Program-made: the position numbers and the translations under genes
Source: the human T2T-CHM13v2.0 reference genome, Homo sapiens
Length of the DNA stretch: 64,000 nt
Direction: 5' to 3' (one strand)
Assembly: GCF_009914755.1 (NCBI RefSeq)
Contig: NC_060941.1
Notes under the pieces: generated by a model
The model's database searches: none
What the model saw: only the letters and a program-made list of their open reading frames with translations
Told to the model about the DNA's origin: nothing
Shown here: positions 1-12,745 of the stretch, piece after piece
Position numbering within the stretch: position 1 is the stretch's first letter
Layout of the letters: each line of letters opens with the position of its first letter

Positions 1-1647
1 CTGGAGACCAACTGGAGGGAGGGAGAAGATGCTGAACCCGAGCAGCACCTTTTGCTGGGCGGGGAGCCCTCCCCGCCCCCTTTCCTATCAGTGTGTCCTC
101 CAGTGTGCCCAGAACAGCCCCTTTCCTGTTCACCTCCCCTCCCACCCTTCCTTTCTAAGCAGGGAGAGAAGTGGCTGTGGGCTAGAAAAATGCCCCCAAA
201 CCTTCCAGGACAAAACTTCTGGGGAACAGTGATTCCAATGGGAGGCCAGAGCTAGCAGCTCTGGAACTGGTAGCAGCGCTTAGGGAGCAGGATGGGGGGA
301 AACTCACATTTCTAGAGAAGTGGAAGGCTGGGGAGGAGAGGCCAAAGCCGCCCTGAGCCAGGTACATCCACGTCCACACACTTCTCTCAAACTCTCTCGT
401 CAAAATGAGACAAACAATTCTTCCAGAAACCCAGCCCAAGAGATGTTCATAGCAGATCCTACTGAAAAGTGGGGATGGTGGGGGCAGACACTAAATAATT
501 GAAATTCTTGAGAGCTGTGTGGAGAGGCACGATATTCTTTGCTGCATGTAGAAAGGTTAATAAACACGGGTGACACAGGGCAGTGGCTGGGGACTCGCGG
601 TGAGCAGAAACACTTCCCAGAAGGAAGCTCATGCCTGGGTTTATGCCCAGGGCTGGTGCGTCTCACAGGCTCAGCTCCTCCTGCTCCTGCCTTTGGTCTG
701 CTAGTCCCAGAAGACACCTCTGAGGCACCCAGGGGCGGAGACAGACATGCAAGACTTTCTAAATCAGAAGGCTGGGCAATGTCCCGCCCAAACGCCCTCA
801 CTGGGCCCACAGAAAGGATGGAATCCAGCCTCTCTTTATCTTTCCTTAAAAGGAAGAGGCAGAAGGAGAAGAGTGTCATGTCCTGAGCCTCTGGGCCAGC
901 TTCCAGGGGTCTGGTCCCATGCTGGAACCATTCGAGATGGACCCTCCGGGGCTGGCTGTCTTGCCCTGCATGACCCTGCGTCCCCTCACAATGAAGGCTA
1001 CTGAGTGGGGACACCTGCAAGCAGCCCTCAGCATCACAGCACCCTGGTCAGTGTCCCAGACAAGCTTGGATGTGGACAGGTGTGCCCCCGCGTGCTCTCT
1101 GGTAGCTGGGAAAGCCAGCGTGGAGGTGAAGGAGGCCCTGCAGGGAGTGAAGATTACCTCAGGCACACTGCTGTCCACCCGGAGTCCACATTCAAGCAGC
1201 AGTCCAGGCACGGGCCCGCTTCTGCCCTGAGCCCCAAGCTGCCAGCACTTGGCAGCCAGAACCCAGGATGTCTCAGGATGCTGCCGGGTGCTCTGATCTC
1301 CCTAGCAAGTGCCTGGCGGCAGTGGTTCACCACCTAAACGCTGCATCCGGAATCTGACAGGGAAACAAGTGCTTGGGTGACACCCAAATGCAGCATCAAT
1401 ACAGACATGCTGACATTTCCATCTGCCCCTCGGTCCCCAGAGTCCCCATGTGCAAGAGAAGCCACAGGCAAAAAAAGTAGGTCACCCCATGCTGGTGGAA
1501 CAGGGCAGGTGCTTACCAGTTGCTCAGCTAACTGCTTCTGGGGCAGGGGGCATTGTAAGGATGCAGAGAATAAAGGAGGGGGCAATCCTCTGCCCGATTC
1601 CCCAACTAACCGGCAGCTGGCACGTGGCAGTATGCTTGGGTCTAGGC

Positions 1648-1804
1648 CAGCGGTTCTCAGCCCTGATTTTGGAAGGAGTTTTATTTGAGAAAAAAAAAAA
1701 AAAAAGATAAAACACAAATGTCTGAGCCCCACCTAAAACCAATTAATTCAAAATCTCTCAGAAAAAGAGACTGAAGCATCAATGATATTTAAAAGCTCTC
1801 CAGG
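1648..1804 (+). mobile_element. MER5-family hAT-Charlie MITE fragment, interrupted by Alu
   Basis: Starts CAGCGGTTCTCA and has the degenerate MER5 core (gagccccacc...aaaatctct...ctctccagg). Confidence 0.55.
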
Positions 1805-2138
<334 letters not shown>

Positions 2139-2509
2139 CTCTCCAGGTACTCTGGGAATGTGGGAATGTGTGGTCACAGTGGAGCTGCTCCTGGTCCCAG
2201 CAGAGGATGGCCCTTCCCCTCTGTGATCCTGAAGAGGAGAGAAGGACTGGGAGGGAGAAGGTAGTTCAATGCTGAAAATTTCTGTATTTTTTTTTATACT
2301 TCTGCAGCCTTACACAAAATGGTCCCCCATCTGGAATGCACCCTTCCCCTCCGCTTACCTGCATTTGACTGACTCTCCAAAGCCTGATTTCAGTTCATCT
2401 TCCTCTGATCCCAGGACAGGGTGTGCCCTGTTCATTGTCTCCTGTTTCCTGTCTTATTCCCCCAACAGCCCCTGCACTCCTAGAGACCAACCATTCTCTA
2501 AAATGTTAG

Positions 2510-3129
<620 letters not shown>

Positions 3130-5059
3130 CCCTCTTCAGGAAATGAGTCGACGGACTGCCTGAAAAGGGAAGGGCTGGCAGGCTTCATCACCCCCCATCA
3201 CGAGGGCCATGTCCCCATCCCCCACTCTGTTCCAGGAGATCTCAGCCTTGATCACAAGCTGCAGGTGCTGGGAGCCTACAGAGAGATTCCAGAAAGGTCA
3301 TCCAAGAAACAAATGGCACAGCCCCTTATCCGCATACGATCAAGTTGAAGATGTGTCTCTGAGGTGATTGCATCCCAGCTGACCACATTCTAGCACCATC
3401 CCTGAACATGGGCCAGTGCTGAACTGGACCCATTGCAACTGCCCAGGGAGCTTGGCTTGCTTTATAAGGGCCACCCCTGAGGAGTAACAGTCTGAATTGC
3501 CCCAAGATTGTCATCTAAGCCAAGCCTCCTGCTCCCTCGTCCTCTCTCCTGCAATCTTGTCCCTTTCAGCCTTCCCTAAGCACGCTCTCCTCAAATGCAC
3601 CGAGAAGAGTGGCATCGGACCTCAGTTCCGGGAGTGGGACTCAGGCCGGGCGACAGAGACAGAGAAGGGAGAGAAGAGGATATTGTGGGATTTCCCTGAC
3701 TCCTTCCTCACGGGCTCCCTTCCGTTCACTTCAAGGAACACTTGAACGCCTACTATGCACTCAGCACAGTGAGTCCCTTCTGTCCCTGCTGAACTCCCAC
3801 ATTAGAGGTTGTTAAAAAAAATGTATTCAATGAGTTTGATATTCAAATACGAGCTTCTCCTGACAGGTTATAAATAGCTTCTTTGAGTCCAATTTGAGGT
3901 TTTGATTTTTTTTTAATGTAAGCTATCAGCCATCCATCTGTGATTGAATCAGAGAGCCTCTTCTCCCTCCTCCCTGAAACCCATCGTCAAAGGCCATTAC
4001 TACTTTCCCTACTCAGAGAATATTGGGTATGGAGCTTTAATGTCCCCTGGGGAAGAGACCATTACAGGAAAAGAAAAAAAAAAAAAGACGTATTTCCATC
4101 TCTGTTCCAATACGCACAACCTAATTAAGATTTCATAAACACTCACCCAACAGGAAAACACATACGCACACACATTCACAGGCACCTAAATTAGCAAGGC
4201 AAATAGAGTCTAGATTAAGTGGTTTTCTTGCCTGTTTCCGTCCAGTTTTAATTAGGCGTCTGTCACAAGGAGGGTGTCACGCAGTGGAATTGTCTCATTT
4301 TGATTCTTTAGGCTTGGGATGTTGGGTTGCCAGTTCCCCCCACACCTACACCTTTTTCCTGAGAATCACAGCTCTGTCTTCCCTGGGCCACTCTCCCCTC
4401 CACCCTCACCTCCCGCCTGCTGTTTGGGGCCCGGAGGAAGGAGGAGGGGCTTGTCCCCAAGCAGTCCCATTTTGGTGGCCTCCCTATAGCACCGGCTCAC
4501 CAGGGGACTTGACCCTGGCAGACCCCCACTGTGGGACTGCCTGGTGGCAGTGGGGACCTGCATGCACCCTCCAGATGCCAGGCTCTGGGAATAGAAAGTG
4601 CTGGCTCCCTGTGACCCCCTCACCCCTCATTCCCGAATGCCAGCAGTGCAGCCCCCCAGCACTGGTGTCCAGGAGGCTGCCTTGAGGGCTGCTCTCAGCC
4701 CTGCCAATGTCTTCTCTCCCATCCCTACTGCTGTGCTCCCTCATAGAAGAAAATACGAAAGATGATTCGCTTTCTCCCTCTTTGCAGATCCCTGGGGCTG
4801 TTTGGAAAAGTACATTTTCTTCACATGTGTAGAAAATTAAATCTGTTGTGTTTTTGTGGAGCACGGGAGGGGGGAGTTGGGGGAAATGTCACTCACTCAT
4901 TCGAGCAGACTAGGGGTCGGGGGTGGAAAGTAGGATGGGAGAAGCTCCAGTCTTCTGAATGCCTGGTTAGGGACAGGCTGGGAGGTGCCAGCTGACCCAG
5001 GCTGCAGACTTGGCCTCTTGGTCCTGCCTGGAAACCGCCTCCTCCTTGGAGCAACTCTT

Positions 5060-5739
5060 CTTTTTTTTTTTTTATAACTTTAAGTCCTGGGATACACGTG
5101 CTACAGTAACCAAAACAGCACGGTACGGGTACCAAAACAGATATATAGACCAATGGAACAGAACAGAGACCTCAGAAATAATATCTCACATCTACAACCA
5201 TGTGATCTTCGACAAACCTGACAAAAACAAGCAATGGGGAAAGGATTCCCTATTTAATAAATGGTGCTGGGAAAACGGGCAAGCTATGTGCAGAAAACTG
5301 AAACTGGATCCCCTTCCTTACACCTTATACAAAAATTAACTTAGGATGGATTAAAGACTTCAATGTAAAACCCGAAACCATAAAAACCCTAGAAGAAAAC
5401 CTAGGCAATACCACTCAGGACACAGGCATGGGCAAAGACTTCATGACTAAAACAGCAAAAGCAATTGCAACAAAAGCCAAAATAGACAAACGGGATCTAA
5501 TTAAACTAAAGAGCTTCTGCCCAGCAAAAGAAACTATCATCAGAGTGAACAGACAACCTACAGACTGAGAGAAAATGTTTGCAATCTACCCATCTGGCAA
5601 AGGTCTGATATCCAGAATCTACAAGGAACTTAAACAAATTTACAAGGAAAAAAAAACAAACAATCCCATCAAAAACTGGGCAAAGGATATGAAGAGACAC
5701 TTCTCAAAACAAGACATTTATGGAGCCAACAAACCTATG
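5060..5739 (-). mobile_element. L1PA (about L1PA5-8) 5'-inverted insertion: poly(T) plus 3' end at 5060-5101, inverted ORF2 piece at 5100-5739
   Basis: ORF 5010..5339 contains ORF2p C-terminal motifs ([32 protein letters not shown]); 13-bp TSD TGGAGCAACTCTT at 5047-5059 and 5738-5750. Confidence 0.95.
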
Positions 5740-6190
5740 GAGCAACTCTTAGTTTCCTAGAACAAAGCAACAGCTACGCCTACCCGGTGACATCCAAACT
5801 TTCCAAGACAGGCTGCAGGGGGTGCAGGAAGAACGAGGCTGGGCTGCAGCGAATGAAAGGTAGTGACTTGTCACTGTGAAGTGGACCCAGCCCCCTGCAG
5901 CACTTGTCCATCCGAGGTCACTCTGCAGCCTCCTTCTCCTCCCACAAGGACGAGGGTTTGGAGGCCTGTGAGGATGCATGTGAAGGTGTGGGGCCCGTGA
6001 TCCCACCGGAACGATGATAAAACCGAGGCCTAGGGGAGACTGTGAGAACTAAGAGCTCACTGCTTCCTGCTCAAGAGACAAAGAGAACTCGTTAATTAAT
6101 AGATCCTTCCACCCCAGAAGGATGAGGGCTCCACCCTCTCTCTGCCCAACAGAGGCAGATGTAGAAGAAATCAATGCAAAAGAAAACAGA

Positions 6191-6500
6191 GGCCGGACAC
6201 GGTGGCTCACACCTGTAATCTCAGCACTTTGGGAGGCCAAGGCAGGTGGATCACCTGACGTCGGGAGTTTGAGACCAGCCTGACCAACACGGCAAAATCC
6301 TGTCTCTACTAAAAATACAAAGATTAGCTGGGCGTGGTGGCACACAACTGTAGTCCCAGCTTCTGCTGAGGAGGCAGGAGAATCACTTGAACATGGGAGG
6401 CAGCAGTTGCAGTGAGCCGAGATTGCACCATTGCACTCCAGCCTGGGTGACAGAGCAAGACTCTGTCTCAAGAAAATAAAATAAAAAAAATAATAATAAT
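6191..6500 (+). mobile_element. Alu (AluSx-like)
   Basis: Full dimer; TSD AGAAAACAGA / AGAGAACAGA. Confidence 0.96.
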
Positions 6501-7704
6501 AGAGAACAGAAAAGCTGTTAGGTCGACTTGAAGAAGTAGCTGCTAGCTCAGTGATAACTTCTCAAGTGCAAGTCTCTGGATGAGGTGAAACAGGTGAGTA
6601 ATACCACCTGCCTTTGAGATATTTACAGTCCAGAAGGAAAATTATTAACTCTCAAAGCGATGATGACCAGGCAGCTGGGTAGGAGGCCGCCATCAGCTCT
6701 AAGGAAATGTGGACGTGCGATGCTCAGGCCAGCGGACTGAAGCTTTGCCACCTCCCTCTGCCGGTCACAGGCCCTGCTGGAAGACAGGCTGGCCACCTGT
6801 ACCTGCTGTCTTCTGGGGCCACCGTTCTGCCCTCCACCCAGGGACAGCTGCGGCCACCACAAAAGCAGCCTGGCTCTGGTGAATTAGCTGAAGTGACACT
6901 CACTTTGTATACACATGTTTACAATCAGGGCCAGATGGTGAAGTATTGGATTCGTTTCAACACCACTCCAGCCTGCTCAGCTGAGCCGGGCTTTGCATGT
7001 GACACGAGAACCACAACACAGGGAAGGGGCAATCCCCTTCCTTAGACACCATCCCCGAATCCCAGGGGATATTTATTAGCCCTCACTTAAAAGTAGCCTC
7101 AGCTTACCAGCTGTCAGAACTTTTTTTATCAAATCTCCTGAAATTCTACAGACAGAAGAAACATAACCTCCTCTGATATCTTCCAGTTTCTTTCCCTTTT
7201 TTTTTTTTAAAAAAAGTAAATAAATAGATAAAGCACACTTGATGGAAAGGAGCTTGCAAACGATCACCGATGACACTGTTTATGTCGCCAAATTATTCAT
7301 ACTGACAGGAAGAGAGGGCAGACTGAACACAGATCAAATGGAGTGATTATTTACCAACCGATGAGGACATCCTTAGGTGACATGACAGAGAAAAGGGGTG
7401 GGGGAGGATGTTGACAAAGTGCCAGAGACAGAGTTGAGCAAGTCTGCGTGTTTCCATCTGCTTCCTCCCCAAAAGAAAGTGGCAAGGGGGCCCTTGAAGA
7501 CAGCTGCACTGCAGAGCCAGAAGGATGGGACTGCCGGCCCCCAAGGAGCCCCAGGCCTGAGTGTCCAGCTGGCAGGCCAGGAAGAAAGAGGAGGAGGGGG
7601 CTAAAAGGTGGTGATGACAAGAGGAATGGCCAGTCCTTACCCACTTCATCTTTACCAAGAAAAGGTGCCCTCCCAACCAAACCTATGATAACCAGATATA
7701 ACAC

Positions 7705-7961
7705 AAGAAAAAGAGAGAGATACAGAAAGAAAGACAGAGAGAGAGAGAGGAAGAAGAAGAAGAAGAAGGAGGTGGAGGAGGAGAAAAAAGAAAAAGAGAG
7801 AGAGAGAAAGGAAGAAAGGAAGGAAGGAAGGAAGGGAGGGAGGGAGGGAGGGAGGGAGGGAGGGAGGGAGGGAGGGAGGAAGGAAGGAAAGAAAAAGAAA
7901 AGAAAAGAAAAGAAAAGAAAAGAAAAGAAAAGAAAAGAAAAGAAAAGAAAAGAAAAGAAGA
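7705..7961 (+). repeat. Compound polypurine microsatellite: (GA)n, (GAA)n, (GGAA)4, (GGGA)11, (GAAAA)12
   Basis: Read directly; (GGGA)11 at 7834-7877, (GAAAA)12 at 7897-7956. Confidence 0.98.
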
Positions 7962-8074
7962 CCACAGACAGGCTCTTGTGATCTCCAATGGTGGAAATCA
8001 TATGGTCTATGTAGAAAGTAACAAACTTTTTGGAAAGAACATTTGAGAACTCCTCCATCAGAGGAGGAGTTCAA

Positions 8075-8185
8075 ATCCAAATTGTCCCTCTGGGAGGCTG
8101 TAGCCTTATTCCTGGAATGTAGCCATTACTCAAAACACCTTATTTTGAAATGTTCCTTTTGAAACTCCCTTTAGAGTGAGTTCGT
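8075..8185. mobile_element. MARNA-like ancient mariner fragment
   Basis: ggaggctgtagccttattcctggaatgtagccattactcaaaacac resembles the MARNA consensus as I recall it. Confidence 0.45.
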
Positions 8186-8381
8186 GAGAAATGTTTTATA
8201 GCACAAAGCCATAACCTTGGCTGTGTGTGTAGGGGGAGGGGGCGAAGGCGAAGGTCGGGGTGAGGGTGGTTCTGGTGTCAGAACTCTGAAATTGTTTGGG
8301 CTGGAGCAGTTTCCAAATGGTGACTGACTGACCACCACCACCCCCAAAACAAATCTGACCCCAAAGAAACAGCTTTCTTAC

Positions 8382-8505
8382 CTTAGAGAATGTTCAGAGG
8401 ATCTGTCTGGGCTGCTTCTTCAAGGTAATTCCAAGAGGTTGCTGCAGAAATGATTTCAGCTACAGCAGGACAACTGAGCATGATAGTGGCATTACAGAGT
8501 GGTCA
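8382..8505 (-). ncRNA. Candidate internal exon (124 nt) of a minus-strand non-coding transcript
   Basis: Acceptor ctctttcctttttgtag| and donor AAG|GTAAGA on the minus strand; stops in all three frames. Confidence 0.45.
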
Positions 8506-9329
8506 CTACAAAAAGGAAAGAGATTATACTCTCTTGAAAGAGCACGCACACACATATAAAGTTAGGGCACACCTTCAGAGATTGGCCCCAGTCATCTGCC
8601 TCTATTAAATCAGTCATTTATTCAGCCTTGTAGATAAGCATGGGCTTATCTCCCCTGCAATCGGGGCTCAGGGAAGGGTGGGAGGCAGAAGGAAGAAATA
8701 GAATGACTCATTAATATCACTTGGCCTAATATGCTGGGACTGAGAAGTTAAATGAGAGAACTATGGGATTGAAAGGTAGACTAGACAGTTTTCTGCCCAC
8801 TATTATTTAGGAGACACTGCGGCAAGTTGAGAGTGAGCTGGTTTTCATTCCTGGCTAATGAACGCATACGATCTAAGAAAGGGGCGGCTGGCTGGAAAAA
8901 GGGGATGAGAGCCTTTTCCCATTCTCCTTTGTCAGGCAAGAGCCGAGGAAGTTAGGGGTGCACCTGGCTGGGAGGAGGAGAAGAACCCGAATGGACATCT
9001 CTCTGTTTTGCTCTGGAGAGAATGAAGACATCCTCACTCTAGGAACAGGGAAATCAACCTATGGGCAGAACCAGCTTCTGCCTCTGGTTGCAGCCATTGT
9101 CTGGCCCCTGCAGACAACTTCCTGAAGTATCAGAATGCTTGCCGACCACAGAGAATGACACTTTCTGGAGCCTGCACCACGAGCATCTGGGTCTTGGGGA
9201 CAGGCAAAGCCCCTACTGCCCATTGTGGAAACCAATGCAAAAGGAGAAGCCCTGTTTCCTCAGATGAAGGTTCCCTCAGTCCAAGGGGCATGGCTTGCCT
9301 GGAGAGGGAGGGCCCAGGATCGATCCCAT

Positions 9330-9560
9330 CACAACATGTCCAGCCTGACCTGTAGTACTTCTTACTTGGTAGCTCAGGGCTACAAAGGTGAATGTACCAA
9401 GAAACCCAGGCAGACGTTGTCTGGCTTTGCTGACCTAGCCTCAGAAGCCCCATCATGTTACTTCTGCCATGATCTTCGGTAGGAGAAGCAGCCACAAGTC
9501 CACCAGATTGAAGCAGGAAGAACAGATGCATCTTATCTACAGAAAATATCTGTGCTCATC
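9330..9560 (-). mobile_element. MLT1H-like LTR fragment
   Basis: About 88% identical to 10343-10528 over 9357-9541. Confidence 0.75.
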
Positions 9561-9684
9561 CTCACTGCAGGAGCACTGGCTGTGACCACTCAGAGACTGG
9601 ATCTCAGAAGCAACATGACCTCCTTGGACATCAGGACATTGGGAAGGGTGTTCAGGACCTCAGGCCTCTACTTTTTAGTGTTTC

Positions 9685-9866
9685 TGGATTTTGAAATAAA
9701 AATGAGGACACCCAGAAAATATTTGGATTTCACATAAATAGCAAATAGCTTATTTAATATAAATATATCCCAACCATCCTATGGGACACACTTATACTAA
9801 AAATGACTCATTGTTTATCTGAAATTTCAGTTTAACTTGGTGTCCTGCATTTTATCCGGCGATCCT
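9685..9866. mobile_element. MER53 palindromic hAT MITE
   Basis: ggacacccag...atgggacacacttatactaaaaa...gtttatctgaaatt...gtcctgcattttatc; internal inverted symmetry visible. Confidence 0.8.
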
Positions 9867-10005
9867 CTGATGTTTTCCCTCCACAACACATCCTCTCTAC
9901 CCTCTCCTGTTCCCTACAACTACAGGGGGTGGGGTGGAAAAGATAATTGTTCAAGATCCTGAAGTGCATTTCTGTGCCAGCCTTGGAGAGATATAAAGGA
10001 TGATG

Positions 10006-10572
10006 TGGCCCCAGTAACTACTGCTGCATAACAAACTACCCTAAAACTTAGTGGCTTACATCAACCATTTTATTATGCTTAGAGATGCTGCAGAAATTTA
10101 GACAGGGCACTGCAGGAATGACTTATCTCTGCTCCACAATGTCTGGAGCTTCAGCTGGGAAGACTCAATGGCTGGAGATAACTCCTGGAGGCTGGAATCA
10201 TCTGGAGGCATGGTCATCACCTGTCTGGCGGTTGGTGCTGACTGTGGGCTGCGACCTCGGCTGGACTCTGCAGGAGCATGTGCATGTAGCCTCTTCATGT
10301 GACCTGAGCTTCCTTACATCATGGCAGCCTCTGGGTTGTTGAACTTCTTACTTGGTAGCTCAGGGCTGCAAAGGTGAGTGTCCCAACAGACCCAGGCAGA
10401 TGTTATCTGGTTTTTCCGACCTAGCCTCAGAAGCCCCATCGTGTTACTTCCACCATGATCTACTGGTAGGAGAAGCAGTCACAAGTCCACCAGATTGAAG
10501 GGGGGTGAACAGATGCACCTTCTCCACAACAAGAGCGCCAAAGAATCTGTGGGCTTGTTTTACAACCACTGG
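10006..10572 (-). mobile_element. MLT1G/H MaLR solo LTR
   Basis: gctgcataacaaactaccctaaaacttagtggctta...ggctggaatcatctggagg...gacctagcctcagaag. Confidence 0.85.
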
Positions 10573-12544
10573 AGGTGGAGAAAGTGGAAGGAACTTGCGG
10601 TGAGGGAGGGGCTCACAGTGAGACTGTGGAGGTAGAAAATTTCTGATGACAACGAAGGAGCCTGGAGAGGTTGGCAGGAGTGGAGCTGAAGGTCAGAGAG
10701 GTTGGAAATTTGGGAATCATGAGCCCTGGGTGCAAGGAGGACCCGGAGGGGCTAGAGCTGAAGTCACTGGAGATGGTAGTTTGCAGAGGAAACCGCTGTG
10801 GAAGAGGGAGGAGAGACAGCACCGAGGGAGTAGGAGCCATCAGGAAACATCAGAAGCGCTCATGTGCCATGCACAGCTCACACTGCGCTTTATCAAAATC
10901 GGCGTCTGTCACCAAAATTGCGTTCGACTGACACCATCTGCATCGATCCTGCTCACAGTCCCCCAGGCTCCCTCTCCACTCCCACCCATCTGCACACGCT
11001 GAGTCTCTGCATCCCCCGTCTCCGCTGGAGAACAGAAACATCTGCCTGCAGCAAAGCCCTCTCTCCCACCTCTGCCCAAGATGGGTTTTGGCTGCCTGCA
11101 CAGGGCCTGGGACTGTCTCTGCAAACCTCAGAACAGGCTCACTCTCAGGCTGAGAGAAACATGTGGTGACTTTTAGGGAGCAGAGAGTTTGGTCAAAACA
11201 GAGGGGCCGAGAAGTGGGGGCACTGGGCAGCAACGGGCAGCAACAGGCAGCTGAGGGCCCACACACTTCAATGCACTCCCCATCCTTTCCACCCCCACCC
11301 CTGCCTTGACGGGGAGGGAGCAACCTTCACTTCTGCTGCTCTGTCTGGGGAATGGATGCTCACAGCAGCCCTGCTCCCCAGCACTGGCCTCTACGAAGCC
11401 AGCAAGGCAGCTGGGCCTGACTGTTACGGAGGTGGGAACTGGCACCACATGGAGATCGTGCCTTTTGAAGCCTGAGTTAATTGGATTTTACATCATCCTC
11501 TCTTGCCTTCCCCATCTTTATTAAATGACCAAGAGGAGAGGAGAGGAGCAGCTGATCACCGAGAAGGAAAAGTTTAGGACAATGGCCTCTTTGTAGAAAG
11601 TAATCAATGCTCAGCCTCTCCCACCACGCCTCCTGATGTTCAGGCTCAAACAGTGCCTCGAACTCAGGGAGTGTGCAAAAAGATCAGTTGCCTTTATTAC
11701 TATTCTTCTCATTACCCGAAAGGTACAATCTCGCTCACATATGTATGTAATTATGTGTGCAAGCACACACGTGTGTACACATGCATACATCCACACCTGG
11801 CTAACTAGTGACCTGGATCGACCAGTTACCTGCCCAAAGGACCAGGGCAGGGCCTCGGATCTGCTGTCTGTGGTCTTGTTTGGATGGAGAATTGCCTGCA
11901 GGGTCCAGAGCTCCAGCAGCTGAGCCATCTCAGGCCTTAGTGGCCCCTGTCTGTCCTGTCTTACGCATATATGTCCTCTCTTCATGCTATACGAGGGTTT
12001 GAGGATCCTTGGAGAGTTATTCCTTCCTCTCACTTTTCTAGGTCCATCATTTAAGGGAAAAGCGTGGCTTATTCAAGCGGATGCTGGTGAAATTGGCTAG
12101 TGTGGGAGACAGAATTTGGGTCTAGGTCCTTCACTCCCTGTGGCCCTTGGCCGGGCCTCCAAGGCAGGCAGAGAGAACCTCCCCACCCCTGACTTCAGGC
12201 TGCATACAATGCTTCTGCCAGTGGGGTAGGAGCAGATGCTAAGGAAACAAAGGCTCAGTGTGAGCCCACAGGACTGGCCTTGCCCCCTCAGATTTGAGCC
12301 ACCCCCACAAAAAGAACGTACTCTGGTAGCCTGCTGGTCCAAAGAAGATGAGAGACTCATGGAGCAGGATCTGATTCCAGCCCCAGCCTGGAGTCAGGGT
12401 CAGCAGGGGTTGGGCTGGATGAGCTGAGCCCCAGCCGACCTGCTGAGAATAAATGAGCACCAGAACAGAGGCTCACTGGTGTGCGCCAGCAAGATTATAC
12501 GGCTGTTCTACGGGACTCTACGTGACCACGACTCACTGGCACAG

Positions 12545-12745
12545 TGCACCTCACCCTGCATACAGAAATACATTCCAGATGCACTTAAAACTAAAGGAAA
12601 AAAAATCAAAGCATAAATAAGTTTTAAAAAGACTCTCAAAGCTAAAAAGCAATGAAATATTATGAAGAAACAAGATGGATGGGTTTAACTGCAGAAGTAT
12701 TAAACGACTCTGCATCACAAAGCATTATAAGCCAATTGAAAACAT
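12545..12745 (+). mobile_element. Old L1M (L1ME-like) fragment
   Basis: A-rich degenerate ORF2 3' sequence (cctcaccctgcatacagaaatacattccagatg...). Confidence 0.5.

Noticed and set aside
400-1337. Cluster of 100-200 aa ORFs on both strands near the window start
   Set aside because: No similarity to proteins I recognise and no consistent splice or codon pattern.
5010-5760. ORF2p-like peptides as a coding gene
   Set aside because: Short, frameshifted, inverted L1 fragment; cannot encode a functional ORF2p.
7351-8080. Overlapping 101-235 aa ORFs rich in F/S/L/P or K/E/R
   Set aside because: These are translations of the compound purine microsatellite.
4255-10912. Shared 12-mer GGCGTCTGTCAC at 4255 and 10901
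   Set aside because: Hundreds of chance 12-mer matches are expected in 64 kb, and the match does not extend.
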